The notes under the pieces are model-generated. The model ran no database searches and was not told the DNA's origin. It saw only the letters and a list, made by a program, of their open reading frames with translations. From IMG/VR virus record IMGVR_UViG_2671181050_000011: a stretch of 13,572 nt of DNA; one strand, written 5' to 3'. A program made the position numbers and the translations under genes. Source of the DNA: a virus. Lineage: Duplodnaviria > Heunggongvirae > Uroviricota > Caudoviricetes. Below are positions 1 to 7,322 of this stretch, piece after piece (within the stretch, counting starts at the first letter, position 1; every line of letters begins with the position of its first letter).

Positions 1-102
1 AGGCGGAATATATGCGTCACCTTCACCAATAAATTCATTAGTTCCGGCCAGCAGATTATAAATTTTTATGGTCCGTGGTTGTTCACTCATTCTGAATGCC
101 AT
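1..102 (-). CDS. tfa: tail fibre assembly protein Tfa, 5' end only (first 34 codons; CDS continues beyond the window start)
   Basis: Reverse-complement translation from ATG at 102..100 gives [34 protein letters not shown], which matches the N-terminus of lambdoid Tfa proteins as I recall them. The ATG overlaps the stop of the upstream tail-fibre ORF (TAATG), the usual stf-tfa coupling. Confidence 0.8.
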
Positions 103-410
103 TACGCAAGCCTCACAATATAGTTAAATGCGATGTTTTTGACGGTGTTTTCCGCGTTACCAGCAGCGTTAACGGTGATGGTATGTCCATGTGAACCAAT
201 CGCAACGGAGTGCGTATGAGCACCAATACCGACAGTATGTGCGTGTGCACCTGCGCTTGCAGCAGTACCCGATACAGAGTGCGTATGAGCGCCTGCAGAA
301 GAAGTGTTAACACTGTATTTAGAATAATCAGGTGATCCACTTCCCGGAGCACCACTGGAACCACCTGAAACAAATGTCATCGAATGGGTATGTGCACCGG
401 CTGTCCCCAT
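102..410 (-). pseudogene. stf: side tail fibre protein (Stf-like), C-terminal ~100 codons only; remnant joined out of frame to truncated J
   Basis: The minus-strand frame ends ...[22 protein letters not shown] and carries five His-x-His motifs (AHTHS x3, AHAHT, SHGHT), typical of the C-terminal domain of T4 gp37 / lambdoid side tail fibres. No tail-fibre N-terminus is present; upstream of about 405 the J-homologous frame takes over. Confidence 0.65.
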
Positions 411-2427
411 GCATTTACCGCCCGGACTGTCAGCCTGTAATTTCCCAGCGCCAGCTGCGTGAAGCGATATGTGGTTTCCGTCGTCCGGGCCGTGCTGACC
501 AACCGCTCACTGCCGTCGTCCGCTGCCACGGTCAGGCGAAGCATAAAGCTCACCCCCTTCACCACCTTCGGCGTGTCCCAGCGCGCCAGCACCTGGTATT
601 CCCCGCTGTCTGCGGTGACTTCTGCGGTCAGGTGCTGAACTGCTGGCGGCGTGACACCATTCACCGTGCCGCTCTGGTCACCGTCAAAGTGCGCCCCGTT
701 ATCCACGATGGCTTCTTTCTCCGGTACATGCTGCACGGCAGCTTCAGCCCCCACACGCTGTACTCGGCAACGCCGTCAGGAACCCGGCTCACTTTCACCT
801 TCACGCCGTCGGTGACGGACTGGACCTCCACGCTCACCGGATTACCCTGCCCGTCAACCAGGCTTATCAGCGTGGTGCCGGAGGATGGCAGCGTGATTTC
901 ACGGTCGAGCGTCAGTGTCCGCGTCTGGCTGTTCACCGCCAGCACGCGCCCGCCGATGCTGATCCCCGCATAGTCATCATCACAGATTTCAATGACATCA
1001 CCTGGTACATGGCGAAGCCCTTCGGCACCCACGCTGAAGTCCACGGTCTGCGTTTCCAGCAGTTCCGTTTTAATCAGCCACAGCCCGGCTCGGTGCGCCT
1101 GCCCCCGCCTGGTACAGCCAAAGGCATCCATCTTCGTGACGTTACGACCGTAACGGGCAATGGCCTGCGTGTCCTCCACAAGCTCTGTCGCCGTCTCCCA
1201 GCCGTTATCCGGGTCAATCCAGTTCACCTCAACGGCATTATGGCGGTCCTTCAGGGCGCTGAAGCTGTAGCGGAACGGCGCGCCATCATCCGGCATCACC
1301 ACATTACTGCGGTTATAGGTCCACACCTTATCTGATGGTCGGTCCTGCACGAACGTCAGCGTCTGCCCGTTCCATACCGGCATACAGCGCATCGCCGAGC
1401 AGAAATCACTGAGAACATCCCACGCCTTACGCTGTGTGGTCAGCCAGGCATTACAGGTGATGCGCGGCTCCGTGCCGCCAAAACCGTCTGGCACCGACTG
1501 GTCGCAACACTGGCCGATGACATACAGCGCCCATTTATCCACATCTGCCGCACCAAGACGTTTACCCATGCCGTAGCGCGGGTGGGTCAGCATATCCCAC
1601 AGACACCAGGCCATGTTGTTGCTGTATGCTGGCTTAAACGTTCCGTCCCAGATACCGCTGTATTGCCGCGTCTGCGGGTTATAGTTCGACGGCACCTGCA
1701 GAATACGCCCGCGAAGATGATAATTACGGCTCACCTGCTGGCTGCCGAACTGCTCCGAATCCACCTGTACGCCGACCAGTGCCGTGTTCGGGTAGCACTG
1801 TTTCACATCGATGATTTCGGTGTATGACGACCAGAGCGTTTTGTTCTGCAGCTGGTCTGTGGTGCTGTCCGGCGTCATCCTGCGCATCCGGATGTTGAAC
1901 GGGCGCGGCGGCAGATTATCCACCACTACCGAGGCCAGATACTGCGAGGTGGTTTTGCCCTTAATGGTGATGTCTTTTTCCGTCACCCAGCCACCGTTAC
2001 GTTGTATCTGAACCAGCAGGCGAACTTCCGACGGATTCCTGTCCCCCTTTGAGGTGGTTTCCACCAGTGCCTGCACACCGAAGGTAAAGCGCAGACGGTC
2101 GATGTTTGCAGACGTAATGGTGCGGGTGATCGGCGTGTCATATTTCACTTCCGTACCCAGCACCGTCTCGGAGCCGGAGGATTCAAACCCCTCCGGCGGT
2201 GTCTGCTCCTGCTCACCGGCACGGAACACCACCGTGACACCGGAGATGTTGGTATTCCCCTCAGTGTCCAGCACCGGCGTACTGTTCAGCAGCACGCTTT
2301 TTAATCCATCCACCGGACCTTCAACCGGCCCTTCGCTGATGGCATCGATCACACTCAGCAACTGCGTGGACTTCAGGTTGTCCTTCGCTTCGCGCGGGGT
2401 ATGCCCCTTACTGCTTCCTTTACCCAT
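377..2427 (-). pseudogene. J: tail tip / host specificity protein J, N-terminal ~690 of ~1130 codons, disrupted by an internal frameshifting deletion and truncated at a junction with stf
   Basis: ORF 2427..661 starts MGKGSSKGHTPREAKDNLKSTQLLSVIDAISEGP..., near-identical to the lambda gpJ N-terminus as recalled. J similarity then continues in a different frame (754..377: AVQHVPEKEAIVDNGAHFDG...RAVNAWGQ) and stops at about 401. ATG at 2427..2425; 60-nt gap after I as in lambda. Confidence 0.88.
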
Positions 2428-2487
2428 TCCTCACGCTCCATAAACGACAAAACCGCCCGGAGGCGGTTTCACATAAAACATTTTGCA

Positions 2488-3135
2488 TCAGCGACCAATC
2501 ACCACAACCTGACCACCGTCCCCTTCGTCTGCCGTGCTGATCTCCTGAGAAGCCACCCGCGACCCCACGCGCATTTCACCGTACAGAACAGGCAGAACAT
2601 TGCCCTGGGCAACCATGTTATCCAGTGAGGAGAAATAGGTGTTCTGCTTACCGTTATCCGTTGTCTGTGTACGGGGAGTTCTGGCTTTCGGTGCCAGCAT
2701 CTGCGCCACACCGCCAAGGATCATACTGGCCCCCGCAGCATACATGCCCGATAAAGCCGCAGCTCCCAGCCAGCCTGCAGGGTTCCACCACGCCACTGCA
2801 ATCAGCGCCGCACCCAGCACCGCCTGAAACACACCGCCACTTTTTGCTCCCGCAAGACGCGGAACGATGTGGATCACGGCACCATTTTTCAGCGGCTCAT
2901 TAAGACGGGCTGATAATTCGTTTTCGCCTGCATCACGCCCGGCAATGCGCACCTGATACCAGCCCTCATTCAGTTTCTGACGAAACGCCGGGAGCTGTGT
3001 GACCAGTGCCCGGATGGCTTCAGCCCCCGTTTTCACACGAAGGTCGATGCGGCGGCCAAATCGTTGCAAATCCCCGTAAAGGCAGATGCGTGCCATGCCC
3101 GGTGACGCCAGAGGGAGTGTGTGCGTCGCTGCCAT
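2488..3135 (-). CDS. I: tail assembly protein I
   Basis: 215-aa ORF MAATHTLPLASPGMARICLYGDLQRFGRRIDLRVKTGAEAIRAL...GDGGQVVVIGR, very similar to lambda gpI as recalled. ATG at 3135..3133. Its 5' end overlaps K by 103 nt, as in lambda. Confidence 0.9.
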   Translation of the reverse strand: MAATHTLPLASPGMARICLYGDLQRFGRRIDLRVKTGAEAIRALVTQLPAFRQKLNEGWYQVRIAGRDAGENELSARLNEPLKNGAVIHIVPRLAGAKSGGVFQAVLGAALIAVAWWNPAGWLGAAALSGMYAAGASMILGGVAQMLAPKARTPRTQTTDNGKQNTYFSSLDNMVAQGNVLPVLYGEMRVGSRVASQEISTADEGDGGQVVVIGR

Positions 3136-3776
3136 TTGTCGGTGTACCTCTCTCGTTTACTCAGTTGTTCAGGAATATGGTGCAGCAGCTCGCCGTCGCC
3201 ACAGTAAATGGCGGCATGATTCGGCACCGATGAACCAAAACAGCACAGCAGCACGTCGCCAGGCTGCGCCTCTGTCAGTGGGACACGGTAAAAACCCGTT
3301 GCCTCCATATTGTCAAGATAGAGATTCTGGCCGTGACGCCACCAGTCATCCCCGCGATGAAAATCCGGCATCTCAATTCCCGCCAGATGGTAAGCGTCCC
3401 GGAACAGCGTGTAACAGTCCGTCACCCCGTGCTCAAAGCGCCACCCGGTGAGATGCGGCACACAGAGGAATTTATGAATCGCCCCCCGGCAGACCAGCCA
3501 CCACGGCAAATCACTCTGCACCTGCAGCCGCCGGTCGGCCTCACTCAGCCAGGGCAGACCACCGGGGTGGCTGTGGACCAGCGCCACAATCTCTCCCTGC
3601 ATTTCTGCACTCAGCCAGTCCTCCGGCGACATCCGGAAATACTCCTCCGGCTCACCGGAGATATTCACGCAGGGAAAATATCTTTCTCCCTCCGGCGTTC
3701 TCACCACGAAGCCGCACGACTCTGCTGGCGCACATCGCCGGGCGTGCGCCAGAATCGCTGATTCTGTCTCTGTCAT
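3033..3776 (-). CDS. K: tail assembly protein K (JAB/MPN-type HSHP motif plus NlpC/P60-like C-terminal region)
   Basis: 247-aa ORF MTETESAILAHARRCAPAESCGFVV...ALVHSHPGG..., lambda gpK-like. ATG at 3776..3774, 5 nt after the L stop; the lambda L-K-I-J spacing is conserved. Confidence 0.9.
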   Translation of the reverse strand: MTETESAILAHARRCAPAESCGFVVRTPEGERYFPCVNISGEPEEYFRMSPEDWLSAEMQGEIVALVHSHPGGLPWLSEADRRLQVQSDLPWWLVCRGAIHKFLCVPHLTGWRFEHGVTDCYTLFRDAYHLAGIEMPDFHRGDDWWRHGQNLYLDNMEATGFYRVPLTEAQPGDVLLCCFGSSVPNHAAIYCGDGELLHHIPEQLSKRERYTDKWQRRTHSLWRHRAWHASAFTGICNDLAAASTFV

Positions 3777-3781
3777 GGGAT

Positions 3782-4480
3782 TTACTGCGAAAGTTTGTTA
3801 ATGGAAAGGAAGCCGCCAAAGTTGCCGACGTTATTGCGAAACTTACAGCCGCTCAGGCATTTGCTGCATTTATCCTTCGTGATATCGGACGTCGGCTGGT
3901 CATATTCATCCGCGACAGCCGGACCGTGATAACCGCACTCATCACCGCGATAGGTCCAGGTGCAGGTATTAGCCAGCATGATGCGCCCCGGAAAAACGGC
4001 ACCATCCGTTTCCGTCGGTGTGGAGAGCACAAAGGAGGCACTGACCGCGCTCAGTTCGCTGCACTGCTCGATGCGCCAGCGGCTGATCACCTCCTGCTCC
4101 GGATCGGCGTCACTGTTTCCGTTGACGAAGTTCACCGCATCCAGAAAACGGGCGTAAACCTTACGCCGGACCACCGTTCCGCCGACCAGACTCTGCAGAT
4201 CTTCCGCCATCCCGGTGACCATACCGTACAGGTTAGAAACCGTCAGCGTGGGGCGCGTACTGGTGCCTTTGCCATTCAGTTCAAAACCACTCCCCTGAAT
4301 GGGATACGGCTGATACTGTCGCCCCTGCCAGGTGACCGGCTCACCTTTTTCGTTCTGCTCATTACAGAAAAAATAACGTTCTCCACCAACCTCTGTCAGG
4401 TCGATTTCCCAGAGCACCACGCTGGCCGACTGCTCCGCACGGGTGCATTCATTCAGTGTTTCCTGCCGGATAACCAACAC
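3782..4480 (-). CDS. L: minor tail protein L (Cys-rich C-terminus), but native ATG start replaced by a deletion junction; frame now opens with GTG-TTG
   Basis: 232-codon ORF ...IRQETLNECTRAEQSASVVLWEIDLTEVGGERYFFCNEQ...GGFLSINKLSQ matches lambda gpL from codon 4 onward. The first codons read GTG TTG GTT where lambda has ATG CAG GAT, and no ribosome-binding site is evident upstream. Confidence 0.8.
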   Translation of the reverse strand: MLVIRQETLNECTRAEQSASVVLWEIDLTEVGGERYFFCNEQNEKGEPVTWQGRQYQPYPIQGSGFELNGKGTSTRPTLTVSNLYGMVTGMAEDLQSLVGGTVVRRKVYARFLDAVNFVNGNSDADPEQEVISRWRIEQCSELSAVSASFVLSTPTETDGAVFPGRIMLANTCTWTYRGDECGYHGPAVADEYDQPTSDITKDKCSKCLSGCKFRNNVGNFGGFLSINKLSQ

Positions 4481-4715
4481 GGGCAGACTTCACCACATTC
4501 ACCTCGCGGATGTAGTCGCTGCCCATCGCATTCATGATGGCCCGCTGAAAGGGCAGTGTTTCCCAGCGCCCTTCCTGGTATGCGGATTCTTTCGGGAGAT
4601 AGTAATTGGCATCCGCCCATTCAACGGCGGTCTGTGGCTCCGGCCTGAACAGTGAGCGAAGCCCGGCGCGGACAAAATGCCGCAGCCTGTTAACCTGACT
4701 GTTCGATATATTCAC
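4449..4715 (-). pseudogene. A: terminase large subunit A, N-terminal ~80 codons only, fused out of frame into the start of L
   Basis: GTG-initiated frame MNISNSQVNRLRHFVRAGLRSLFRPEPQTAVEWADANYYLPKESAYQEGRWETLPFQRAIMNAMGSDYIREVNVVKSARVGY matches the lambda gpA N-terminus as recalled, then diverges (PAGNTE*). It overlaps the Nu1 stop by 26 nt, as in lambda. Confidence 0.85.
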
Positions 4716-5235
4716 TCAGCAACCCCGGTATCAGTTCATCCAGCGCGGCTGCTTTGTTCATGGCTTTGATGATATCCCGTTTCAGGAAATCAACATGTCG
4801 GTTTTCCAGTTCCGGAAAACGCCGCTGCACCGACAGGGGGATCCCGTCGAGAATACTGGCAATTTCACCTGCGATCCGCGACAGCACGAAAGTACAGAAT
4901 GCGGTTTCCACCACTTCAGCGGAGTCTCTGGCATTTTTCAGCTCCTGTGCGTCGGCCTGCGCACGCGTAAGTCGATGGCGTTCGTACTCAATAGTCCCTG
5001 GCTGGAGATCTGTCTCGCTGGCCTGCCGCAGTTCTTCAACTTCCCGGCGCAGCTTTTCGTTCTCAATTTCAGCATCCCTTTCGGCATACCATTTTATGAC
5101 GGCGGCAGAATCATAAAGCACCTCATTACCCTTGCCACCGCCTCGCAGAACGGGCATTCCCTGTTCCTGCCAGTTCTGAATGGTACGGATACTCGCACCG
5201 AAAATGTCAGCCAGCTGCTTTTTGTTGACTTCCAT
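4690..5235 (-). CDS. nohA: terminase small subunit Nu1 (cosB-binding, winged-HTH N-terminus)
   Basis: 181-aa ORF MEVNKKQLADIFGASIRTIQNWQEQGMPVLRGGGKGNEVLYDSAAVIKWYAERD...LSEYIEQSG, essentially lambda Nu1 as recalled. ATG at 5235..5233, at the expected distance from the cos end. Confidence 0.92.
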   Translation of the reverse strand: MEVNKKQLADIFGASIRTIQNWQEQGMPVLRGGGKGNEVLYDSAAVIKWYAERDAEIENEKLRREVEELRQASETDLQPGTIEYERHRLTRAQADAQELKNARDSAEVVETAFCTFVLSRIAGEIASILDGIPLSVQRRFPELENRHVDFLKRDIIKAMNKAAALDELIPGLLSEYIEQSG

Positions 5236-5412
5236 TGTTCATTCCACGGACAAAAACAGAGAAAGGAAACGACAAAGGCCAAAAAGCCCGCTTTCAGCAC
5301 CTGTCGTTTCCTTTCTTTTCAGGGGGTATTTTAAATAAAAACATTAAGTTACGACGAAGAAGAACGGAAACACCTTAAACCGGAAAATTTTCATAAATAG
5401 CGAAAACCCGCG
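5236..5412 (-). promoter_or_regulatory. cosB-equivalent region (terminase/IHF binding sites between cosN and Nu1)
   Basis: The reverse complement is near-identical to the first ~190 nt of the lambda genome as I recall it (GGGCGGCGACCTCGCGGGTTTTCGCTATTTATGAAAATTTTCCGGTTTAAGG...). Individual R and I1 sites were not mapped. Confidence 0.6.
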
Positions 5413-5424
5413 AGGTCGCCGCCC
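5413..5424 (-). other. cosN: 12-nt cohesive-end sequence (minus strand GGGCGGCGACCT)
   Basis: The plus strand reads aggtcgccgccc; the reverse complement is GGGCGGCGACCT. It is flanked on one side by cgtaacctgtcggatcacc (reverse complement of the lambda right end ...GGTGATCCGACAGGTTACG), so both cos halves are contiguous as in an integrated or circularised genome. Confidence 0.85.
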
Positions 5425-5623
5425 CGTAACCTGTCGGATCACCGGAAAGGACCCGTAAAGTGATAATGATTATCATCTACATATCACAACGTGCGTGGAG
5501 GCCATCAAACCACGTCAAATAATCAATTATGACGCAGGTATCGTATTAATTGATCTGCATCAACTTAACGTAAAAACAACTTCAGACAATACAAATCAGC
5601 GACACTGAATACGGGGCAACCTC
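5425..5623 (-). other. lambda right-end non-coding region containing cosQ
   Basis: The reverse complement matches the terminal ~200 nt of lambda as recalled (...GATGATAATCATTATCACTTTACGGGTCCTTTCCGGTGATCCGACAGGTTACG). The exact cosQ element was not delimited. Confidence 0.6.
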
Positions 5624-5857
5624 ATGTCAACGAAGAACAGAACCCGCAGAACAACAACCCGCAACATCCGCTTTCCTAACCAAATGATTGAACAAATTAA
5701 CATCGCTCTTGAGCAAAAAGGGTCCGGGAATTTCTCAGCCTGGGTCATTGAAGCCTGCCGCCGGAGACTGTGCTCAGAAAAAAGAGTTTCTTCTGAAGCA
5801 AACAAAGAAAAGAGTGACATTACTGAATTGCTCAGAAAACAGGTCAGACCAGATTGA
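5624..5857 (+). CDS. ynfO: small basic protein with a possible ribbon-helix-helix-like N-terminal region (YnfO-like)
   Basis: 77-aa ORF MSTKNRTRRTTTRNIRFPNQMIEQINIALEQKGSGNFSAWVIEACRRRL..., ATG at 5624 with a weak GGGG Shine-Dalgarno 7 nt upstream. Position and orientation match K-12 Qin ynfO. The fold assignment is inference. Confidence 0.7.
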   Translation: MSTKNRTRRTTTRNIRFPNQMIEQINIALEQKGSGNFSAWVIEACRRRLCSEKRVSSEANKEKSDITELLRKQVRPD

Positions 5858-5914
5858 AGCAATTTAGATAATCGTGCAGACTACGCCCCCTCATATCACA
5901 TGGAAGGTTTATCT

Positions 5915-6325
5915 ATGGATCAGGTAGTCATTTTTAAACAAATATTTGATAAAGTTCGAAACGATTTAAACTATCAATGGTTTTATTCTGAGCTAAAACG
6001 TCACAATGTCTCACATTACATTTACTATTTAGCCACAGAGAATGTTCATATTGTATTAAAAAATGATAATACAGTGTTATTAAAGGGCCTAAAAAACATT
6101 GTGTCTGTCAAATTTTCAAAGGATAGGCATCTTATAGAAACGACCTCTAATAAGCTGAAATCCAGAGAGATCACATTTCAGGAATACAGAAGAAACCTTG
6201 CTAAAGCAGGAGTTTTTCGGTGGGTTACAAATATCCACGAACAAAAAAGATATTACTATACCTTTGATAATTCATTACTATTTACTGAAAGCATCCAGAA
6301 AACTACACAGATCTTACCACGCTAA
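5915..6325 (+). CDS. ydfO: uncharacterised prophage protein (YdfO-like, DUF1398 family as recalled)
   Basis: ORF 5900..6325; preferred start is the ATG at 5915 ([32 protein letters not shown]...), which has GGAAGG 7 nt upstream and gives 136 aa. AT-rich codon usage, unlike the tail genes. Confidence 0.75.
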
Positions 6326-6333
6326 ACCATAAC

Positions 6334-6362
6334 GTCCGGCTTCTCTCACTCCTGAGCCGGAC
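6334..6362. other. GC-rich inverted repeat (8-bp stem GTCCGGCT / AGCCGGAC, 13-nt loop) just after ydfO
   Basis: Perfect 8-bp inverted repeat seen directly. There is no clear U-tract, so its role (terminator, RNA stability element or protein site) is unresolved. Confidence 0.3.
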
Positions 6363-6476
6363 TGCATTGGTTTAATAAAAACCATCAACAATTGTGATTT
6401 AGATATTCGGAACCATTCAAATATAACAAAACCCCGTAAAAACGAGGTTTATGGATAAATTTTATTATTGAATACA

Positions 6477-6649
6477 TCAGATTAAATTAATCTTGACATC
6501 ATAGCTTTCAAGACCCGTCATTTTTTCCCGTGCGGTAAACTGAATACTGGTAACTTCTTTCCCGGTCTTTTTCTTAAGTTCAATAATTTTTTTGTTATAT
6601 ATTCAGAAATATCTGCTTCTGCTTTTGTTTTTAAGTTTTCAATATTCAT
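6477..6649 (-). pseudogene. gnsB: GnsB-like small protein gene interrupted by a 1-nt frameshift in an A7 homopolymer
   Basis: From ATG 6649 (AAGAGGA just upstream) the frame reads MNIENLKTKAEADISEYITKK, then shifts. The continuation IIELKKKTGKEVTSIQFTAREKMTGLESYDVKINLI* lies in the +1 frame after the A-run at 6587..6593. Both halves resemble GnsA/GnsB (MNIEELKKQAETEIADFIAQKIAELNKNTGKEVSEIRFTAREKMTGLESYDVKIKIM, from memory). Confidence 0.7.
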
Positions 6650-6820
6650 CATTTCCTCTTTTAGTCTGTTATGACTTTCCAGTTACACAGTAAGTCGATT
6701 ATATGGTGCAAACGTGTAAAAGATAAGATGAAACATCGCAATAATCAACATACGATAGTCTAAATTTTACACAAACAGACAAAGAGAATTTTCCTGAATT
6801 ATCAATGCAATAGCATCAAA

Positions 6821-7051
6821 TCAACTCAAGAGCCTTATTGCTGCTTCCAGAATTTCTTCTGAAGTAACATGTCGATCCGCGGCTACATAAATGACTTTAT
6901 GATCTCCGGTCAGAGATGGAAACCCTGCGGCCATTACAGTAAGGTGTGTTTTTTCGCCATTTGGATATTCACGCATGATGGTGTTAACTCCAGTCATCGC
7001 TGGCACTACCACTGCTGGTTCAGAGTTAAAAAAAACTATGATTTTTTTCAT
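6821..7051 (-). CDS. ynfN: small uncharacterised protein (YnfN-like by position)
   Basis: ORF 6821..7093; preferred start is ATG 7051 (MKKIIVFFNSEPAVVVPAMTGVNTIMREYPNGEKTH..., 76 aa). No convincing Shine-Dalgarno, so the start is uncertain. Position matches ynfN in K-12 Qin gene order. Confidence 0.55.
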   Translation of the reverse strand: MKKIIVFFNSEPAVVVPAMTGVNTIMREYPNGEKTHLTVMAAGFPSLTGDHKVIYVAADRHVTSEEILEAAIRLLS

Positions 7052-7095
7052 GATGTTACCGTAGTATGTGAGTATCCATCGAATAGACACCAAGC

Positions 7096-7117
7096 AAAAA
7101 AGCTCCCGAAGGAGCCT
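7096..7117 (-). terminator. candidate intrinsic terminator downstream of cspI (minus-strand orientation)
   Basis: Hairpin GCTCC-cgaa-GGAGC (7102..7115); on the minus strand the stem is followed by TTTTTTGCTT. Confidence 0.45.
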
Positions 7118-7322
7118 TCATTTTCACTTTTTTAAATCCAACGACAGACGGCTGGCATTTAAGTATTGTGAAATATTATCAAATGTAATCATCATTGATT
7201 TACAAAAGATACATTTTGCCCCGAAAGGATTCATGTCAGAAACATCAAAAGATGATGTTCTATACTGGGAACCATGACAACACGGGCATCTAAAGTGAAT
7301 ATGGTTTGTAATATTGTCTACC

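Noticed and set aside
410-520. Upstream extension of the tail-fibre reading frame beyond 410 (Gly/Ala-rich, stop-free)
   Set aside because: The same nucleotides carry clear J similarity in another frame up to about 401, so the stop-free extension is coincidental rather than real tail-fibre coding.
332-2443. Plus-strand ORFs inside the J region (332..973, 1009..1335, 1582..1827, 1811..2011, 2054..2443)
   Set aside because: They lie antisense to strongly J-homologous minus-strand coding sequence in GC-rich DNA. They are low-complexity, Arg/Pro/His-rich and have no Shine-Dalgarno, so they are shadow ORFs.
2499-3761. Alternative-frame ORFs overlapping I and K (2499..2717 -, 2625..2903 +, 2639..2827 +, 3006..3233 +, 3086..3451 +, 3333..3761 +)
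   Set aside because: They overlap genes with clear lambda gpI/gpK similarity; their composition is typical of off-frame GC-rich translation.
3853-4655. ORFs 3853..4041 -, 3926..4537 +, 3960..4157 + and 4443..4655 + overlapping L and the A stub
   Set aside because: Antisense or off-frame to L and A homologues; no independent signals.
4754-5334. Plus-strand ORFs 4754..5116 and 4795..5334 antisense to Nu1, and 5094..5300 (-)
   Set aside because: Nu1 on the minus strand is near-identical to lambda Nu1; the others are shadows and extend into non-coding cosB.
5596-5862. Minus-strand ORF 5596..5862 antisense to the ynfO-like gene
   Set aside because: No ribosome-binding site, and it opposes the gene order seen in K-12; the plus-strand ORF has the better start context.
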